From a virus (lineage: Duplodnaviria > Caudoviricetes), in IMG/VR virus record IMGVR_UViG_3300042546_000342, positions 1 to 55,264 of that record: a DNA stretch of 55,264 bases, one strand, 5' to 3'. The position numbers and the translations under genes were made by a program. Each line of letters opens with the position of its first letter. Positions within the stretch are counted from its first letter, which is position 1. Shown here one piece after another: positions 19,854 to 32,400 of this stretch. A model generated the notes under the pieces. That model had not been told where the DNA came from, made no database searches, and was given only the letters and a program-made list of their open reading frames with translations.

Positions 19854-20111
19854 ATGAACCCAACGCAAAAACAAATCTACGACTGCGCAGTTATGCGTGG
19901 CAAGATAACGCCACAAACTACCCGAAAACAATTTTTAGATGCGATAGCTTCGGAGTTGTTAGAATTAGCAGAAGCTCAAGATACACCTCAAGAAAGGTCA
20001 GAGTTAGCTGATATTGTTTTGATTTGTTATTCGTATGCTGAACATCATTTGTTTGACCTTAAACAACATATTGACAAAAAACATAAGTATAATTTAACAA
20101 GAAAAGATTAA
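19854..20111 (+). CDS. MazG-like nucleotide pyrophosphohydrolase
   Basis: SELLEL.EA...ELADIV...K..YN.TR all-helical pattern. Confidence 0.7.
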   Translation: MNPTQKQIYDCAVMRGKITPQTTRKQFLDAIASELLELAEAQDTPQERSELADIVLICYSYAEHHLFDLKQHIDKKHKYNLTRKD

Positions 20112-20133
20112 CTAAATATAATTCTATATTTTT

Positions 20134-20583
20134 GTGATACCTAGAAAGAAAAAAATATGTGTGTCTTGCGAAAAAGAAAAGTACATATACGCAAAGAAAA
20201 TGTGTATGGGGTGCTATGGTCGGGCGCAAAAGGGGAAAACAAATGAAACGAAGAAAAACAAGAGAGTTGGTTTACTCAACAACGAACTATCCGAAATCGA
20301 CATCTATAACGAAATATGGTCAGAGCGAGTACACCGAAGTGAAGTTAGCGGAGAACCCTTACTCCCAAAAGGACACCCAATGTGGCATTGGTGCTTTAGC
20401 CATTGTATCGGAAAAAAAACTTTCCCGAAATTCAAATACGACAAACGAAACATAATACTAAAAACTCCCGATGAACACATACTTTGGGAGAATTACAAGC
20501 ATAAGATACGGGACAACCCGAAATGGAAATGGGTATTTGAGTTAGAAGAAGCATTAAAGCAAGAGTATTTTCAAGGTAAATAG
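20134..20583 (+). CDS. Zn-finger/HNH-like nuclease upstream of terminase
   Basis: CxxC...CxxC, then FSHCIGK...NIIL....EH pattern; GTG start. Confidence 0.5.
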   Translation: MIPRKKKICVSCEKEKYIYAKKMCMGCYGRAQKGKTNETKKNKRVGLLNNELSEIDIYNEIWSERVHRSEVSGEPLLPKGHPMWHWCFSHCIGKKTFPKFKYDKRNIILKTPDEHILWENYKHKIRDNPKWKWVFELEEALKQEYFQGK

Positions 20584-20610
20584 TTATCTTTGTAGTGTTT
20601 AAATTACATT

Positions 20611-22725
20611 ATGAAGTTTACTGATTACAAGGACTACAACCCTCACGTTGCGTTGTGCGACAACATACCCGAAATAGAAACATATTTTATTACGTTACCC
20701 ACTACCCCGCCACCTATTGAGAAGTTCAAGAACTACGGCAAAGAGGTAATGAAGCAAATCTATTACCGAGATAGAGTTCCCGACAAGCTAATGAAATTAA
20801 ATAGATTGGATAGGGACGAGGCTTTCGCAGTAGCAATGAAAGACAAGGAGTGCGCTGACTTCATAGCGATGGCGTGGGATAAGAGGCTAAACGGGGAGTG
20901 GGTATTGATTAACGGAAATCCACTATACATAACGGGCAGTTACTATTTCTACCTTAACTTCTACCAACTAGATATTGGCTTCCCTGCATTTAGGTACAAC
21001 GACTTGAAGCAATTTTGGTTATGGGATTTTGAAGTAGTAAAGAATAACAGAGTGTACGGTCTTTGTGATTTGAACCGAAGAAGAAGCGGTAAGACATACA
21101 AAGCGGGGAGTATTCTATTAGACTATGTAACTAGAAATGAGAACTCCTTTGCGGGGGCGCAGTCCAAGTCCGATGCCGATGCCGAAAGTCTATTTCATAA
21201 AGCCATTGTAAGCCCATTTAGAAAGTTGCCTTTCTTCTTTAAGCCTACCTATGACAAGGCGGGTAAAATGAAGAAAGACATAGCCTTTACGGACAACGGT
21301 GTAACAGAAGGAACGCTAGAGAGTTGGATTGATTATAGGTCGTCTACCGATACGGCTTATGACGGTGAGAAACTACACAGATACTTTATGGATGAGGGCG
21401 GTAAAATGAAGCCACCCGCAGACCCCGTGAAAATGTGGGACAAAGTGAAGCCGTGCTTAATTGAAGATGATAAGATTATAGGCAAATGTATTATCTCAAC
21501 AACAATCGAGGAGATGGAGAAAGGTGGACTAGAAAAGTTCATCAAATTGTGGGCAGATAGTTCTAGGTTGGAGGCGGATGGAAAGATAAACGAATTGGGC
21601 GAAACCTTATCGGGGCTTATTCCCTACTTCACTCCGTCCTATGAGTGTTATTTGTGGGACAGATTTGGCTATCCGATAATAGATAATCCTAGTGGTTATC
21701 AATTAGAAGACAGAAGAAAGCAATGCTCGGAAGAAGATTTTAAACTAGGCTTGGATAAGCTAGGCGCAAAAGAATATTTGGATTTGAAGTTTAGGTCAAT
21801 CAAAGACCAACGTAAGAAGCAAGACGAGATACGAAAGTTTCCTAGAACGGTTACGGAAGCATTTAGAAGTTCGGCAACGCATTGTCACTTTAACTTAGGG
21901 ATAATCAATGACCGAATGAGCGAGTATTTGTTTGACAAAGAAAAGGGCAAGGTTCGTGGCAACTTCGAGTGGAAAGACGGGCAAGAAGATACAGAAGTGA
22001 TTTGGCGACCAACCCCTAACGGGCGATGGCTTATGGCTTATGTGCTAGACCAAGAACAATCGAACAGAAAAGGGGAGAACGGGGGAAAAAGGATGCCATT
22101 AAACTTCGATAAATTCGTTATTGGCTGTGACCCCTTTAAGTACAATGTAACCACTTCCAACAAACCCTCGCACGGTGCGGGGTATCAATGGATGTACTTT
22201 GACCAATCAATAGACGGACAAAAAGATGAGATAGATTGGCTGACCGATGATTTTGTAGGGGAGTACCTTTATCGCCCCGCCACTACCGACCTATTCGCAG
22301 AGGATATGTTGATGTGGGCTATCTATTCTTCGTGCAAGGTGAACCCCGAAATGAATGCAGATATTATCTCCAAGCACTTCGTCCGCAGAGGGTATGAAAA
22401 ATACTTGCACTACGGAAAGAAATTGGTTAAGAAAGATGGCGTGGTACAGATTAAAGAGAACATCAATTCGGGCGCAACGACACTAGGGGGCGCAATGAAG
22501 GACAGCTTATTTGCGAGTGTGGATTGGTACATTGAAACACACGGTAACAGATGTAAGTTTCCTAACTTCTTGACGGATTGCCGTGAAGTGGGTTACGATA
22601 ACATCAGCCCTTTCGATAGCTTTGTAGCGGGTGCATACACCTTGATGCCTGTTAGAGAGTTAAAGACTAGGACTAAAAAAGAACCCGTATCATTTAGGTC
22701 GTTTATGCAAATGAGAAAGTATTAA
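20611..22725 (+). CDS. terL: Terminase large subunit
   Basis: Walker A RRRSGKT, Walker B YFMDEGGK, ISTT coupling motif, nuclease IGCDP; YITGSYYFYLN typical of crAss-like TerL. Confidence 0.92.
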   Translation: MKFTDYKDYNPHVALCDNIPEIETYFITLPTTPPPIEKFKNYGKEVMKQIYYRDRVPDKLMKLNRLDRDEAFAVAMKDKECADFIAMAWDKRLNGEWVLINGNPLYITGSYYFYLNFYQLDIGFPAFRYNDLKQFWLWDFEVVKNNRVYGLCDLNRRRSGKTYKAGSILLDYVTRNENSFAGAQSKSDADAESLFHKAIVSPFRKLPFFFKPTYDKAGKMKKDIAFTDNGVTEGTLESWIDYRSSTDTAYDGEKLHRYFMDEGGKMKPPADPVKMWDKVKPCLIEDDKIIGKCIISTTIEEMEKGGLEKFIKLWADSSRLEADGKINELGETLSGLIPYFTPSYECYLWDRFGYPIIDNPSGYQLEDRRKQCSEEDFKLGLDKLGAKEYLDLKFRSIKDQRKKQDEIRKFPRTVTEAFRSSATHCHFNLGIINDRMSEYLFDKEKGKVRGNFEWKDGQEDTEVIWRPTPNGRWLMAYVLDQEQSNRKGENGGKRMPLNFDKFVIGCDPFKYNVTTSNKPSHGAGYQWMYFDQSIDGQKDEIDWLTDDFVGEYLYRPATTDLFAEDMLMWAIYSSCKVNPEMNADIISKHFVRRGYEKYLHYGKKLVKKDGVVQIKENINSGATTLGGAMKDSLFASVDWYIETHGNRCKFPNFLTDCREVGYDNISPFDSFVAGAYTLMPVRELKTRTKKEPVSFRSFMQMRKY

Positions 22726-22771
22726 CATTATTTGGCTATTTATATTGGTGTAATCAAATTACATTTGCGAT

Positions 22772-23068
22772 ATGAAACATTTACTAGATTATAATTTACT
22801 GCAAGAATGGGGGTTTATTTGGGCTACTAGAAAAGATTTTGGTAACGGGCTTATTGTTACTTCTTACGAAAAAAGTAGTACAAGCAATACAGACGCTCAC
22901 GGATTTAAAGCTATTCGATTAGGATTAGTTATTCATTTGAATTTTTCACATTTTTATGAACTTAGCTATTCGCCATACACAGGAACTGATGATATTTTGT
23001 TTAGAGGTATAATTAGGAGTAAAAAAACCCTTGATTGTGTGCTTAGAAGTTGTGTCGTTTTTAAATAA
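22772..23068 (+). CDS. Hypothetical protein
   Basis: 98 aa; ATG 4 nt after TACATTTG. Confidence 0.6.
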   Translation: MKHLLDYNLLQEWGFIWATRKDFGNGLIVTSYEKSSTSNTDAHGFKAIRLGLVIHLNFSHFYELSYSPYTGTDDILFRGIIRSKKTLDCVLRSCVVFK

Positions 23069-23114
23069 TAAATCACATAAGAGTATCTAAAGATTATAAA
23101 CAAAAATAAATTAT

Positions 23115-23297
23115 ATGCTTTACGCCAATATTTACTTTACAATATTTTTGCTTCTAATTGCAATGACCTTATTTAGTTATTTATTGGCTCTAAAAGATTG
23201 GCGTAGGTGGGAGATTTGGCTTCACATCTGTTTGATTAGTGCTATCATAGCTTTTGCTATGGTTTTTTGTGGATTTCTTTATGCTATTTGGAGTTAA
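23115..23297 (+). CDS. Small two-TM membrane protein
   Basis: 60 aa, two hydrophobic segments separated by KDWRRWE. Confidence 0.6.
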   Translation: MLYANIYFTIFLLLIAMTLFSYLLALKDWRRWEIWLHICLISAIIAFAMVFCGFLYAIWS

Positions 23298-23307
23298 GTA
23301 ATAAACT

Positions 23308-23712
23308 ATGGGCATATCAACACAAGAGTATCAGAAGCTACTAGAGAACTTGAGTAAGACCAAGAAGCCTACCAAGAAACCGAGTGCGCCAAAGAAGAAA
23401 ACACCAAACTCAAAAGCGGACTATAAAGACCGTATGTGGACGGTGATGAACAAAGTGATTAAAGGATGGCAAACCGAGTTTAAATTCCACCCAAAGCGCA
23501 AATGGAGAGCAGACTATTACCACGAAGGATTGAAAGTCCTAATCGAATACGAGGGCATATACGGTGGCGCATCAAGGCACACCAACGTAACGGGGTACAC
23601 AAAAGACGCAGAAAAATATAACCAAGCGCAAATATTGGGGTATAAGGTATTGAGATACACAGCGTCTAATTGCGCACAACTTGAAGAAGATTTAAAGAAA
23701 TTGGTTATATAG
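23308..23712 (+). CDS. PD-(D/E)XK endonuclease (Vsr/DUF559-like)
   Basis: EFKFHPKRKWRADY...IEYEG...H.....Y..D.EKYN.A...GY.VLRYT. Confidence 0.8.
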   Translation: MGISTQEYQKLLENLSKTKKPTKKPSAPKKKTPNSKADYKDRMWTVMNKVIKGWQTEFKFHPKRKWRADYYHEGLKVLIEYEGIYGGASRHTNVTGYTKDAEKYNQAQILGYKVLRYTASNCAQLEEDLKKLVI

Positions 23713-23752
23713 AAATCGGATAACTTTAGTATCTTTGTAGCAAAAATATAGT

Positions 23753-24529
23753 ATGTTCATTCCTCAATTAGCGGCTTCGGGCTTAGGTTTATTAGCACAA
23801 ATCCCTTCGATGGTTAATCAGTTTCAAGTAGCAAAGGAACAGAAGAAACGTGCGGGGGAGTTGCAACAAGAAGCCAAGAACGTAAAAAAGAGAGAGATAC
23901 GCCCCGAATTTATGACTGCTTTGAATGAAGCAGAGTTGTTAGCGCAGAGTGGTATGCCCACCTACGGGGCGGCAAAGGCAAATATAGACGCTAATTCAGC
24001 CAATGCGCTACGTTCAATTAGAGAAGCAAGTCCTTATGGTGGCGTTACGGCTGATGCTATTTCTGCTGTGTTGGCAAATCAAAATAAAGAATTGGTGAAC
24101 TTAGATGCAACGCAAGGTCAGTTTAAATTGGGCAACAGACAAAACGCTATCCAAGAATTGAAAGGAGTAGGGGCGGAACAAGAGAGATTGACCCAAGAAC
24201 AACTAGCCGAAAAGCGTGCAATTATGGCTAGTGCGGAAGCGTTATTACAATCTAGCACAGCCAACAAACAAACAGCACTAGAGAATGTAGGTTCAACGGT
24301 TACGGGCTTGGGAACGGCTTTAGGCAAGGGAATTAGTGCGGGTGCGGATATTAATACTTTGAAAGCAAAAGGATTGAGTACAAAAGACTTTGATGCTCAA
24401 AGAAGAAATATTTTGTTTGGTACAACTGCAACGGGCGGTTCAAATAGTGGAGTAGATATTGACGCATTATTGGCGGGTAAAACGCCCGAACAACAAATTT
24501 TGATATTAAAGGCGTTAGCTAAAAAGTAA
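23753..24529 (+). CDS. Putative internal virion (ejection) protein 1
   Basis: A/Q/G-rich helical protein with hydrophobic N-terminus; first of three coupled genes. Confidence 0.6.
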   Translation: MFIPQLAASGLGLLAQIPSMVNQFQVAKEQKKRAGELQQEAKNVKKREIRPEFMTALNEAELLAQSGMPTYGAAKANIDANSANALRSIREASPYGGVTADAISAVLANQNKELVNLDATQGQFKLGNRQNAIQELKGVGAEQERLTQEQLAEKRAIMASAEALLQSSTANKQTALENVGSTVTGLGTALGKGISAGADINTLKAKGLSTKDFDAQRRNILFGTTATGGSNSGVDIDALLAGKTPEQQILILKALAKK

Positions 24530-24536
24530 GATTAAT

Positions 24537-26477
24537 ATGCAGATAGTACAGCCAAGTGGAAGTATGTTACCTAACCAAGCAAGTGCGGGGGTAGGGGCGG
24601 TTATATTTGACAAGCCGAAGTATGATGCGCAAGAGATTGGGTTAAAGGTTCAAGCAGACCTAGAGGATTGGGGTAAGCAAAAAGCATTAGCCGACCAAGC
24701 TAAACTAAAAACAGCTAAAGACCTTGTTGCCGATTTGTCTTATGAGCCTAAAGACTTTTTGCCCGAAGGTGCGGCTCAAGTAAAAGCCAAAGCAGACGAA
24801 CTAAAGAAAAAGGCGGCAGAATATGAAATGGCTGTTTATAATGCGGGAGCAGATAGTGAAACAGCTAACCTAAAAAAGAAAGAAGCGGAGATAGCTAAAA
24901 GCGATTTGCAGATATTGGTAAATAACTTAGGGCAAGCATCAAAAATGCTTACAGAATACAAGCCCGATGCGACTACCGACTTAGATGCTCAAAATAAATT
25001 AACTGTTGAATTAAGACAAAGTGCGGGAGAAAATGCTTTAAGTGGTAGATTTTTTAAGGCAATGCAACAATATGGCAAACCTATAAAGCCAAAAGGTATG
25101 ATTGAAGTTACGGATGACTTTGTTAAAAACATACCACTTAAAAAGACAGAAGAAGTAGTAGGGAAGGATGGTAAGATTATAGAAGAAGGTACTTCATTTA
25201 AGTTAAAACCAATCAAATATGACGACAAAGGGGTGATAATTGATGATGGTGATTTCGACTTGGTAACGGGCGCACCCGCTAGTCTTGCATCTACACCCGA
25301 ATATCAAAATGCAATTAAACCTTTTGTTGCTAGGATGTTAGACGCTAGTAAAAGATTGGAAAAAGGCGAGCAGTTGGCAGCTAGTGAAATGACTGACGCT
25401 TCTTTGTATAAATACTATGTAGATGAAGCGGCAAAAGAGAGTAAAAGATTAGGCAGACCGATATCCCCCGAAACAATAATCGCTAGAGGTGAATTAGAAA
25501 GAAGAAATCAAGTAGAAAAAACAGCTTCCTATAAAGAAGAAACTGCCACCACAAAAGAGATGGCTAAAGTCGGTGCAGAACAAAGTGTAAAGAAGAAAGC
25601 TGCAACAGGATTGATTAATTGGTTTATAGAAGTGGATAGAGGAAGCCCCGAAATATACACCAATATGACGATTAGCGATGTTGCGCCTAAGTACGATAGA
25701 GAAGTTTACGCTACTAAAGTATTAAGTCCAATTTCGGTAGGGGAAAAGTTTGAAACAAAAGAAGGGGCGAATGGTGCTATATATAAGATTGCTACACCCG
25801 ACTATGTTAGGTACTTTATGCAAGACAAAGAAACGGGAACTAAGTTCTATGCTAGTCAAAGCAGTATAGACGACTTCAATGACGGCAAAATATCTTCTCC
25901 GTTCAAGCAATACAAGAACATTGCGGAAATAGCAGCACAAGCCACGTTTGTTAATGGTGCTGACCAATCTATTGACAATATGAAAAACTATTGGGCAGAA
26001 GTTGGTAAGGAAAAGAGTTACTCAAAAGAGGACGGAAATGGCATTATCTACAAAGAAGGTAGAGAGATACACCCTTTCACCAAAACAGAACAACAAAAAT
26101 ACGGTGCAAACCTACGGCAGACAATGATTAAAGCGGGTACAACTTTACCTAAATACGAGAAAGGTAAAGTACCTGCTGATTTTTCGGGGCAATATTTGGA
26201 AGTGGAATACAAAGAAGGGGAAAATAAAAAACTTGAGATAATAAAGTCAACCCCTAGAGTGGCGAAACCTACTCCGCAACCGACTGTTGCTGATACCACT
26301 ACACAAACAACAGCAACTCCACCGCAGACCGCCCCGAAAGAGGAAGAACCTAAGAAAGAAGGAAAAACGGTTTCATTGCAAACGATAAAAAGTAAAGTAG
26401 GTACTAAAGGATTTGAAGGATACACCGAGAAAGAATTGGTTGACTATTATACATCACAAGGATATAAAATACAATAA
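24537..26477 (+). CDS. Putative internal virion (ejection) protein 2
   Basis: 646 aa, Cys-free, K/E-rich, P/T-rich linker near the C-terminus; coupled to the next gene (TAATG). Confidence 0.6.
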   Translation: MQIVQPSGSMLPNQASAGVGAVIFDKPKYDAQEIGLKVQADLEDWGKQKALADQAKLKTAKDLVADLSYEPKDFLPEGAAQVKAKADELKKKAAEYEMAVYNAGADSETANLKKKEAEIAKSDLQILVNNLGQASKMLTEYKPDATTDLDAQNKLTVELRQSAGENALSGRFFKAMQQYGKPIKPKGMIEVTDDFVKNIPLKKTEEVVGKDGKIIEEGTSFKLKPIKYDDKGVIIDDGDFDLVTGAPASLASTPEYQNAIKPFVARMLDASKRLEKGEQLAASEMTDASLYKYYVDEAAKESKRLGRPISPETIIARGELERRNQVEKTASYKEETATTKEMAKVGAEQSVKKKAATGLINWFIEVDRGSPEIYTNMTISDVAPKYDREVYATKVLSPISVGEKFETKEGANGAIYKIATPDYVRYFMQDKETGTKFYASQSSIDDFNDGKISSPFKQYKNIAEIAAQATFVNGADQSIDNMKNYWAEVGKEKSYSKEDGNGIIYKEGREIHPFTKTEQQKYGANLRQTMIKAGTTLPKYEKGKVPADFSGQYLEVEYKEGENKKLEIIKSTPRVAKPTPQPTVADTTTQTTATPPQTAPKEEEPKKEGKTVSLQTIKSKVGTKGFEGYTEKELVDYYTSQGYKIQ

Positions 26478-29400
26478 TGGAAGAAAAATTATTGCCACCA
26501 CCGCCAAAGAAAGTAGTTTCGCAAAACGGAGAAAGTGATTTATTGCCACCGCCTCCAAAAAAAAAATTAAACGAACCTACAAGTGGAAGCGTAGAAGTTT
26601 CAAAGACCGTTTCTACGCCTCAATCAGGGCTTTCGCAAGGGAGTGGAACAAAGGATAGCGCACCTACTACATATCAATGGAGTGGTGGCGATGTGAAGAT
26701 GCAACAAAAAGTTGTAACTCCATCGGCTTCCGATAGCCAATCTGCTGTTAATGTTGTTACAAAAGAAATGACTGCGGAAGGAAGATTAGCGGAAGAAAAA
26801 GAAGGTTACGAATTATCGAATAAAAAATCCTTAGCTGAACAAGAGGCAAGTAAATCATTTTCAATAGCAACAGAAAATTATACATACGACCAAGTAAAAA
26901 ATTTAGTTCAGTTGCAATCTTTATTAAATAAAACTATTGAAGATAATAAAGACCCTAAATTAGCAAAACAAACTCAAGACGTTGAAGTAATTAAAAAACA
27001 AATTGAAAATTTAAGAAATCAACAAGTAACTCCAAAATATACATTAAACGCAGAAGGACAAACAGTATCATATATTAAACCTAAATATAAAAATGTTGGT
27101 GAAATGTATGATGAAACTATAATGTTTCAAAATAAGCATCAAAAATTAATTGGGGAAATAGAAAATTACGAAACTAAATTAAACCCAATTATTGAAAAAG
27201 CTAGAAAAAATGCTCAATATACACCAAATAAAAAAGACGAATACGGGAATACTTATTATGATTTAAACCCTATGGAGGCTTTTTTAAATGGAGCGGAAAA
27301 TTCACTAGAAACAACTGCAATAGGGTTAGCTAATATGTTTGGCTTTGACGATGAAGCTAAGAGTGCTGCTCAAATGAAATGGTACAAAGACAATGTAATT
27401 AGTCCAAAAAAAGCAGATGGTTTAGTATCACAAGGTTTTGAAATGCTTGGTGGAGTTGCTCCATTGGTAGCAGGTGGTAGTTTGGCTCAAGGTTCTGTGT
27501 TAGGTTCTGTTATAATAAACTCTCTTTTGTTTGGCGCACAAGATTATGGTGGAACTTGGTATAATTCATACGCATCAAAGAAGGCAGAAGGGATGTCAGA
27601 TGAAGAAGCTAGCAAAGAAGCCAATAGCAATGCTAGATTTGCAGGTGTTAAAGGTATGATTTTGGGAGGTACTATGCCATTGCAAAGTATGGCGGGTAAT
27701 AAGGTAGGTGTTTCACTATTTGTAACAAAAGCTGAACAAAATTCTTTTAGGCAATTTATGTATGGTCAAATAGGTATGCTACCTGCGTTTGGTACATCAA
27801 CTGCTTTGCAGAATTGGTACGAGGGGAAACCTGTTACTGATAATGTCGGAAGAGCCATGATTGATGCGTTCATTATAGGTGGTATGACCCACGCTATTGC
27901 AAATTTGCCAAAGTTACCTGCGGCAACTGCGAGATTATTTGAACACACGATTGCTAAAAATTATAATAAAGTATCTACCGTCATAGATGCTGCTGTTCAA
28001 GATGGAACTATAAACCCTACTGTGGGCGAAAACATAGTAGCTAAGGCTAAAGCGTATGACAAGATAAAGGGAGCGGGGTTAAACGAAGATGTTGAAGTAC
28101 AAGTTACTGAATTACAAGTACAGATTGACAAATTAGAAGCATCAAAAGAAGGTGCTTCACCTGCTGTTATTGCAGAAATTGATAGACAAATAAACGAATT
28201 ATCTACTAAACTAAAAGTTGAAGCAGGGTTTCCTTTAACGCCCGATGAGCGCAAAGAACTTAATCTACTTCAAGCAGCTAGAGATAGCAATAAAGAATAC
28301 GATAAAGAAAAATTAGCGGAACTAGAGCAACGACAAAAGAACAATCAAGACGGGAAAACCAAATTAGTTACAGACCAACCTATCCGTGTAAAGTATAAAG
28401 ACGGTAGAACGGGTCTTGTGTTTGTGAACGCAGAGGGTGATGTAGAGTTTGTTCCCGATGGAAATTCTGCGGGGTTGGTTATAGACAAACAAGCAGGTGC
28501 AAGTTTTAGAAGTTTGGCTAATTTAGGTTTTGAGCAAGTTGTTGGCGAAACGGTTGCTGAACCTAATTCTCAATTACTAAGTGGCGATATAGCTGTCGGG
28601 ACTAATGTTTTATATAAAGGCGGTAAATATCAAATTGCTAGTAGTAAGAACGCCCCCGATGGGGTTAAGCTAGATGCTGACGGCAAGGTGAGAGTAGTGT
28701 ATTTAAAGGGAGAAGATGGCAAGGTAATAGCTGTTGGTGCAGATAGTGCAGACGGGAAAAGAATTATTGACGATGCTAATAGAGTGATAGGTAAAGGCGA
28801 AGCCACGCCTACTGAAACAGCACCCGTTCAAAAAGAAACAAAAGTAGTCGAGGCGCAGAAGAAAACAGATGAAACGGTTGAAGTGGAGTTAGAGCCTACG
28901 GTGACAGAAGAAAAGGTCGAAGCAGTACAAACCCCTACTGAAACAGTAACGGAAGCAGAAGTTGTTACCCCTATTGCGCCCGATGGCGAAGTGGCGGTTG
29001 AAACAGCACCCGAATTTATTGAAAGTACAGAAAAGGTTATCCAAGAAGCACCTAAAGTAGAACAAGTAGCCGAAGTCAAGCCAATTAAAATACTAGAGGC
29101 ATCAAGAAAGTATGTGCCACTAGATACGTTTGATGCAGTAATGAAATATTTTGCCGTTGGTGGTAGAATAAACACCGAAGATTTAAAGTCGGAAACGGGC
29201 TTTGGTTCGCAAAAAGGTGGTGGAAGAATAACAAGTAAGGGGAACGTGATTTCTGAAACTAGAGGCAAGGAAGATTTTAAAAAACGTAGTTGGGTTCATT
29301 CTAGCAAAGCACCAAAGATGGACGATTTGGTTATGAATATTGCAGAAGAAATGACTGCAATGAACCCCGATATGGAGTACGACCAACAACAAATAAGAAG

Positions 29401-32400
29401 CGAAATTATTGAGGTATTAAGTAGATACGATAGTAAACTTGATATACAAGCAGAGTTGGCTAAAAAATATGACGATGCTTCGTTCATTGAGAATTATGGA
29501 ATGACACGCTCTCAATATGAAGCCTATGTTGAAGAAGGTAAATACAAGGCAGAGCAAGAAAAAAAGTGGTACGAAGAAAACGGCTTGAATTGGGAAGAAC
29601 AATCTGAAATGGACGAGTATGCTACTGAACTAGAAGAAAGTGGCATTACTGAAGAAGATATTATCAGAGAAGCAAAAGAGTACGATGAATACCTAAATAC
29701 ATTATCTAACGAAGAAAAACAAAAAGAATTAGACTATGCAAACGCAAAAAACACAACTAACCAACGAGGAGAAAGCGAAACGAATGTTGAAAATCAAGAA
29801 GATGCAAGAGGTAAAAACGAAGAAAGGCTTGCAGAAGCCAAGCGTAACTTCTTAGATGCCGAAAGTGAATACAACAAAGTCACTAAAGCACTAGAAACCG
29901 ACTTAGCCAACAAACAAGGTTCTATGTTTGACGGCAAAGAACAAAAGTTGTTTGACAATAGCGCAGACCTAGCCAAAAAAGCAAAAGACGCTAAACGCAA
30001 ACTTGATGAAGCTAAAGAAGCCTACGACAAGGCACAAGGATTAGTAGATGATAAGTTGCAAGGGCAAATGGAGTTAGGCAAAAATCAAGAAAAGTCTACG
30101 TTTAAAACCCAAGAAGAAACCAAAGTTGAGCAAGCCACCGAAAAGGTACAGAAATTTAAGGACGTATTAGACCAACGCACCGACAAAAAGACGGACAAGG
30201 CACTCAAAGCATTTGGCGAACAAGAGGCAAAAGCAAAAGAGTTAATTGACAACTACGACACTAACTTTAAAAAGCTAGAAGAAAAAGGAGTAGAAGTCAA
30301 GGGTACTAAAGCAGAAATCTTAGCTGATATGCTAGATGGCAAGTACGATGAAGCGTTAAAGAGTGATACTTCTATTCCATCATCTAAGTCAGGTGATAGT
30401 AAATCAGAAGTTCAGAAAGCTAATGAAGAAGTATGGAAAGCCGTACAAGACGTATTAAATGCGGGGGATTTTACTAAGTTAGGCTTTGCAGCTAAAAACG
30501 TAGGAGAAAAGTCGGCAGAAGCGTTAGATAGATTGCATAAAGCGTTAGTCAAAGCGGCAAAGGCTTATTTAAAAACAGGTGGAAATTCGGTAAAACAATT
30601 TGCTAAAAATATTGGCTTGAGTACAAAGAACGCCAAGCAAGCGTGGGACGAGGCAATGGGTCTTACAACTTTCAACAAAGACAACCTTGACTACGACCTA
30701 GCCGATATAGCAAAGGTAGCTATTCGCAGAGGAATAAAGGTGCGTGAGAAGTTACTAGAATACAAAGCAAAGCAAAAGGATGTAGCCAAAGCCATTAAAG
30801 ACTTTATGGATGACGCTGAAATCAAGGGTGCGCTTAGCCCAAGCCAAGTAAAAGCATTGGTAAAAAGAGCCGCTAGTATCACAACGGACGCTCAATTTGA
30901 TAAGTTTATTGATTATGCTGATAAGATAATTAAAGACGCAAATTTAGCGCAAGATTTAGAAGATTTGCGTAGCAACCAAAAGGGTGCAGGAAAGAAACGC
31001 CACAATGAAAAAACGGCTGACGTAAGAAAGTTTTTGGACGCAGAAATATTTGATGAGGACGGAAACTTATTGCTAGATGAAGCCACATTTAGTGAATATT
31101 CAGATGCGGTAGCGGCACTTAATCAAAAAATACCTGACCACTCTTTGATGGAAGCTACTGATGCTTCGGGTAAAACGCTATCGGAAAGAGTTGCCGACCA
31201 ATCACAATCTGCTTCTAATCCGTATATGAATATTAATACGGTACAAGACTTAATGAAGGCTTGGACTGCCCTTGACAATAATATAGTTGATATTGATAGC
31301 TACAAATCATTTACTAGAAATATCAGCAAGATTAAGGCAAGGCTAAAGGATTTAGTCCAATCAGGTACGATTAAACAAGATGATTACGACACCGCTATTA
31401 GTCAAATATACAAGCACGAAAACGGCAAAAGAGTATATGAAGCAAAATATGGCGACCAAATTGGGCAATTAAAATCCGCACAAATAGCCGATGCTCAAGC
31501 AAAAGCAAGATTGGTTGATGATAGTGGGTTCAATAAAATGCAGAAAGAATTGTGGCAAGAGTTCAAGCGCAATATGTCGGTTAATTTTGAGAAGTTTAAG
31601 AAATTGGAAGTTTCTGACTTGGATAAATTGAACACCGTCCTTGACCGAATGGGTAATGGATTTATGCCCGAATATGAGTTCAGACAAGTAATGAACAAGA
31701 TTGAAACACAAGGACAAGGAGTTAAGATAGCTAAACAAGTAGCTAAGATTTCAGATAAGTTTAAAAACAACTTAGATAAACTTCGTGATTTATTTGAAAC
31801 AAATGACCCTGCGAGATACGAAGCAGAACTAGGAATAGCGGGAGATAATTCATTGTGGAATGGCGTGTTAAGTAGAACACAACGTGCGCTAAAAAAATAT
31901 ACTGAAACCACGCATGATATGTATGAGAAGTGGTATGATAGTTTACCTAGCTTCTATAAAATTACGGGTAAAAAACCTGTATTGATAGACAAGATAGATG
32001 CTAAAGATGGTAAGGTAGGCAAAACTGTTGTATCTCAAAGGGAGTATGATATGGTCAAGGTGGGTGTGGTTCGCCACATGATTAACCACGCTGCTGAAAT
32101 GATAGCTAAAGGTAAAGACCCAATAGATGTATTTGGTGAGCAACTAGCTGACATTAAGGAACGTCAAAATTACGCCACAGAAGGTGAGTTAAGTATCTTA
32201 ACTGATGTGTATAACAAATTGAAGTCTAATCCTGATTTATTAGATATTAATGGCGAATTAGATTACAATAAAGTTTGGAAAAGCGTGGAAGCTAATGACG
32301 GTAAAGTGTTGGACGTAAATCAAGCTAAAATAGAAAGTTCATTTGACGGTCTTGACTTAGAAACAGGTGATATGATTACATCATCTAATGCCATAAGAGG

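Noticed and set aside
25240-25265. DDGDFD as an RNA polymerase catalytic motif
   Set aside because: Lacks the NADFDGD/DFDID context and lies in a 646-aa helical-looking protein.
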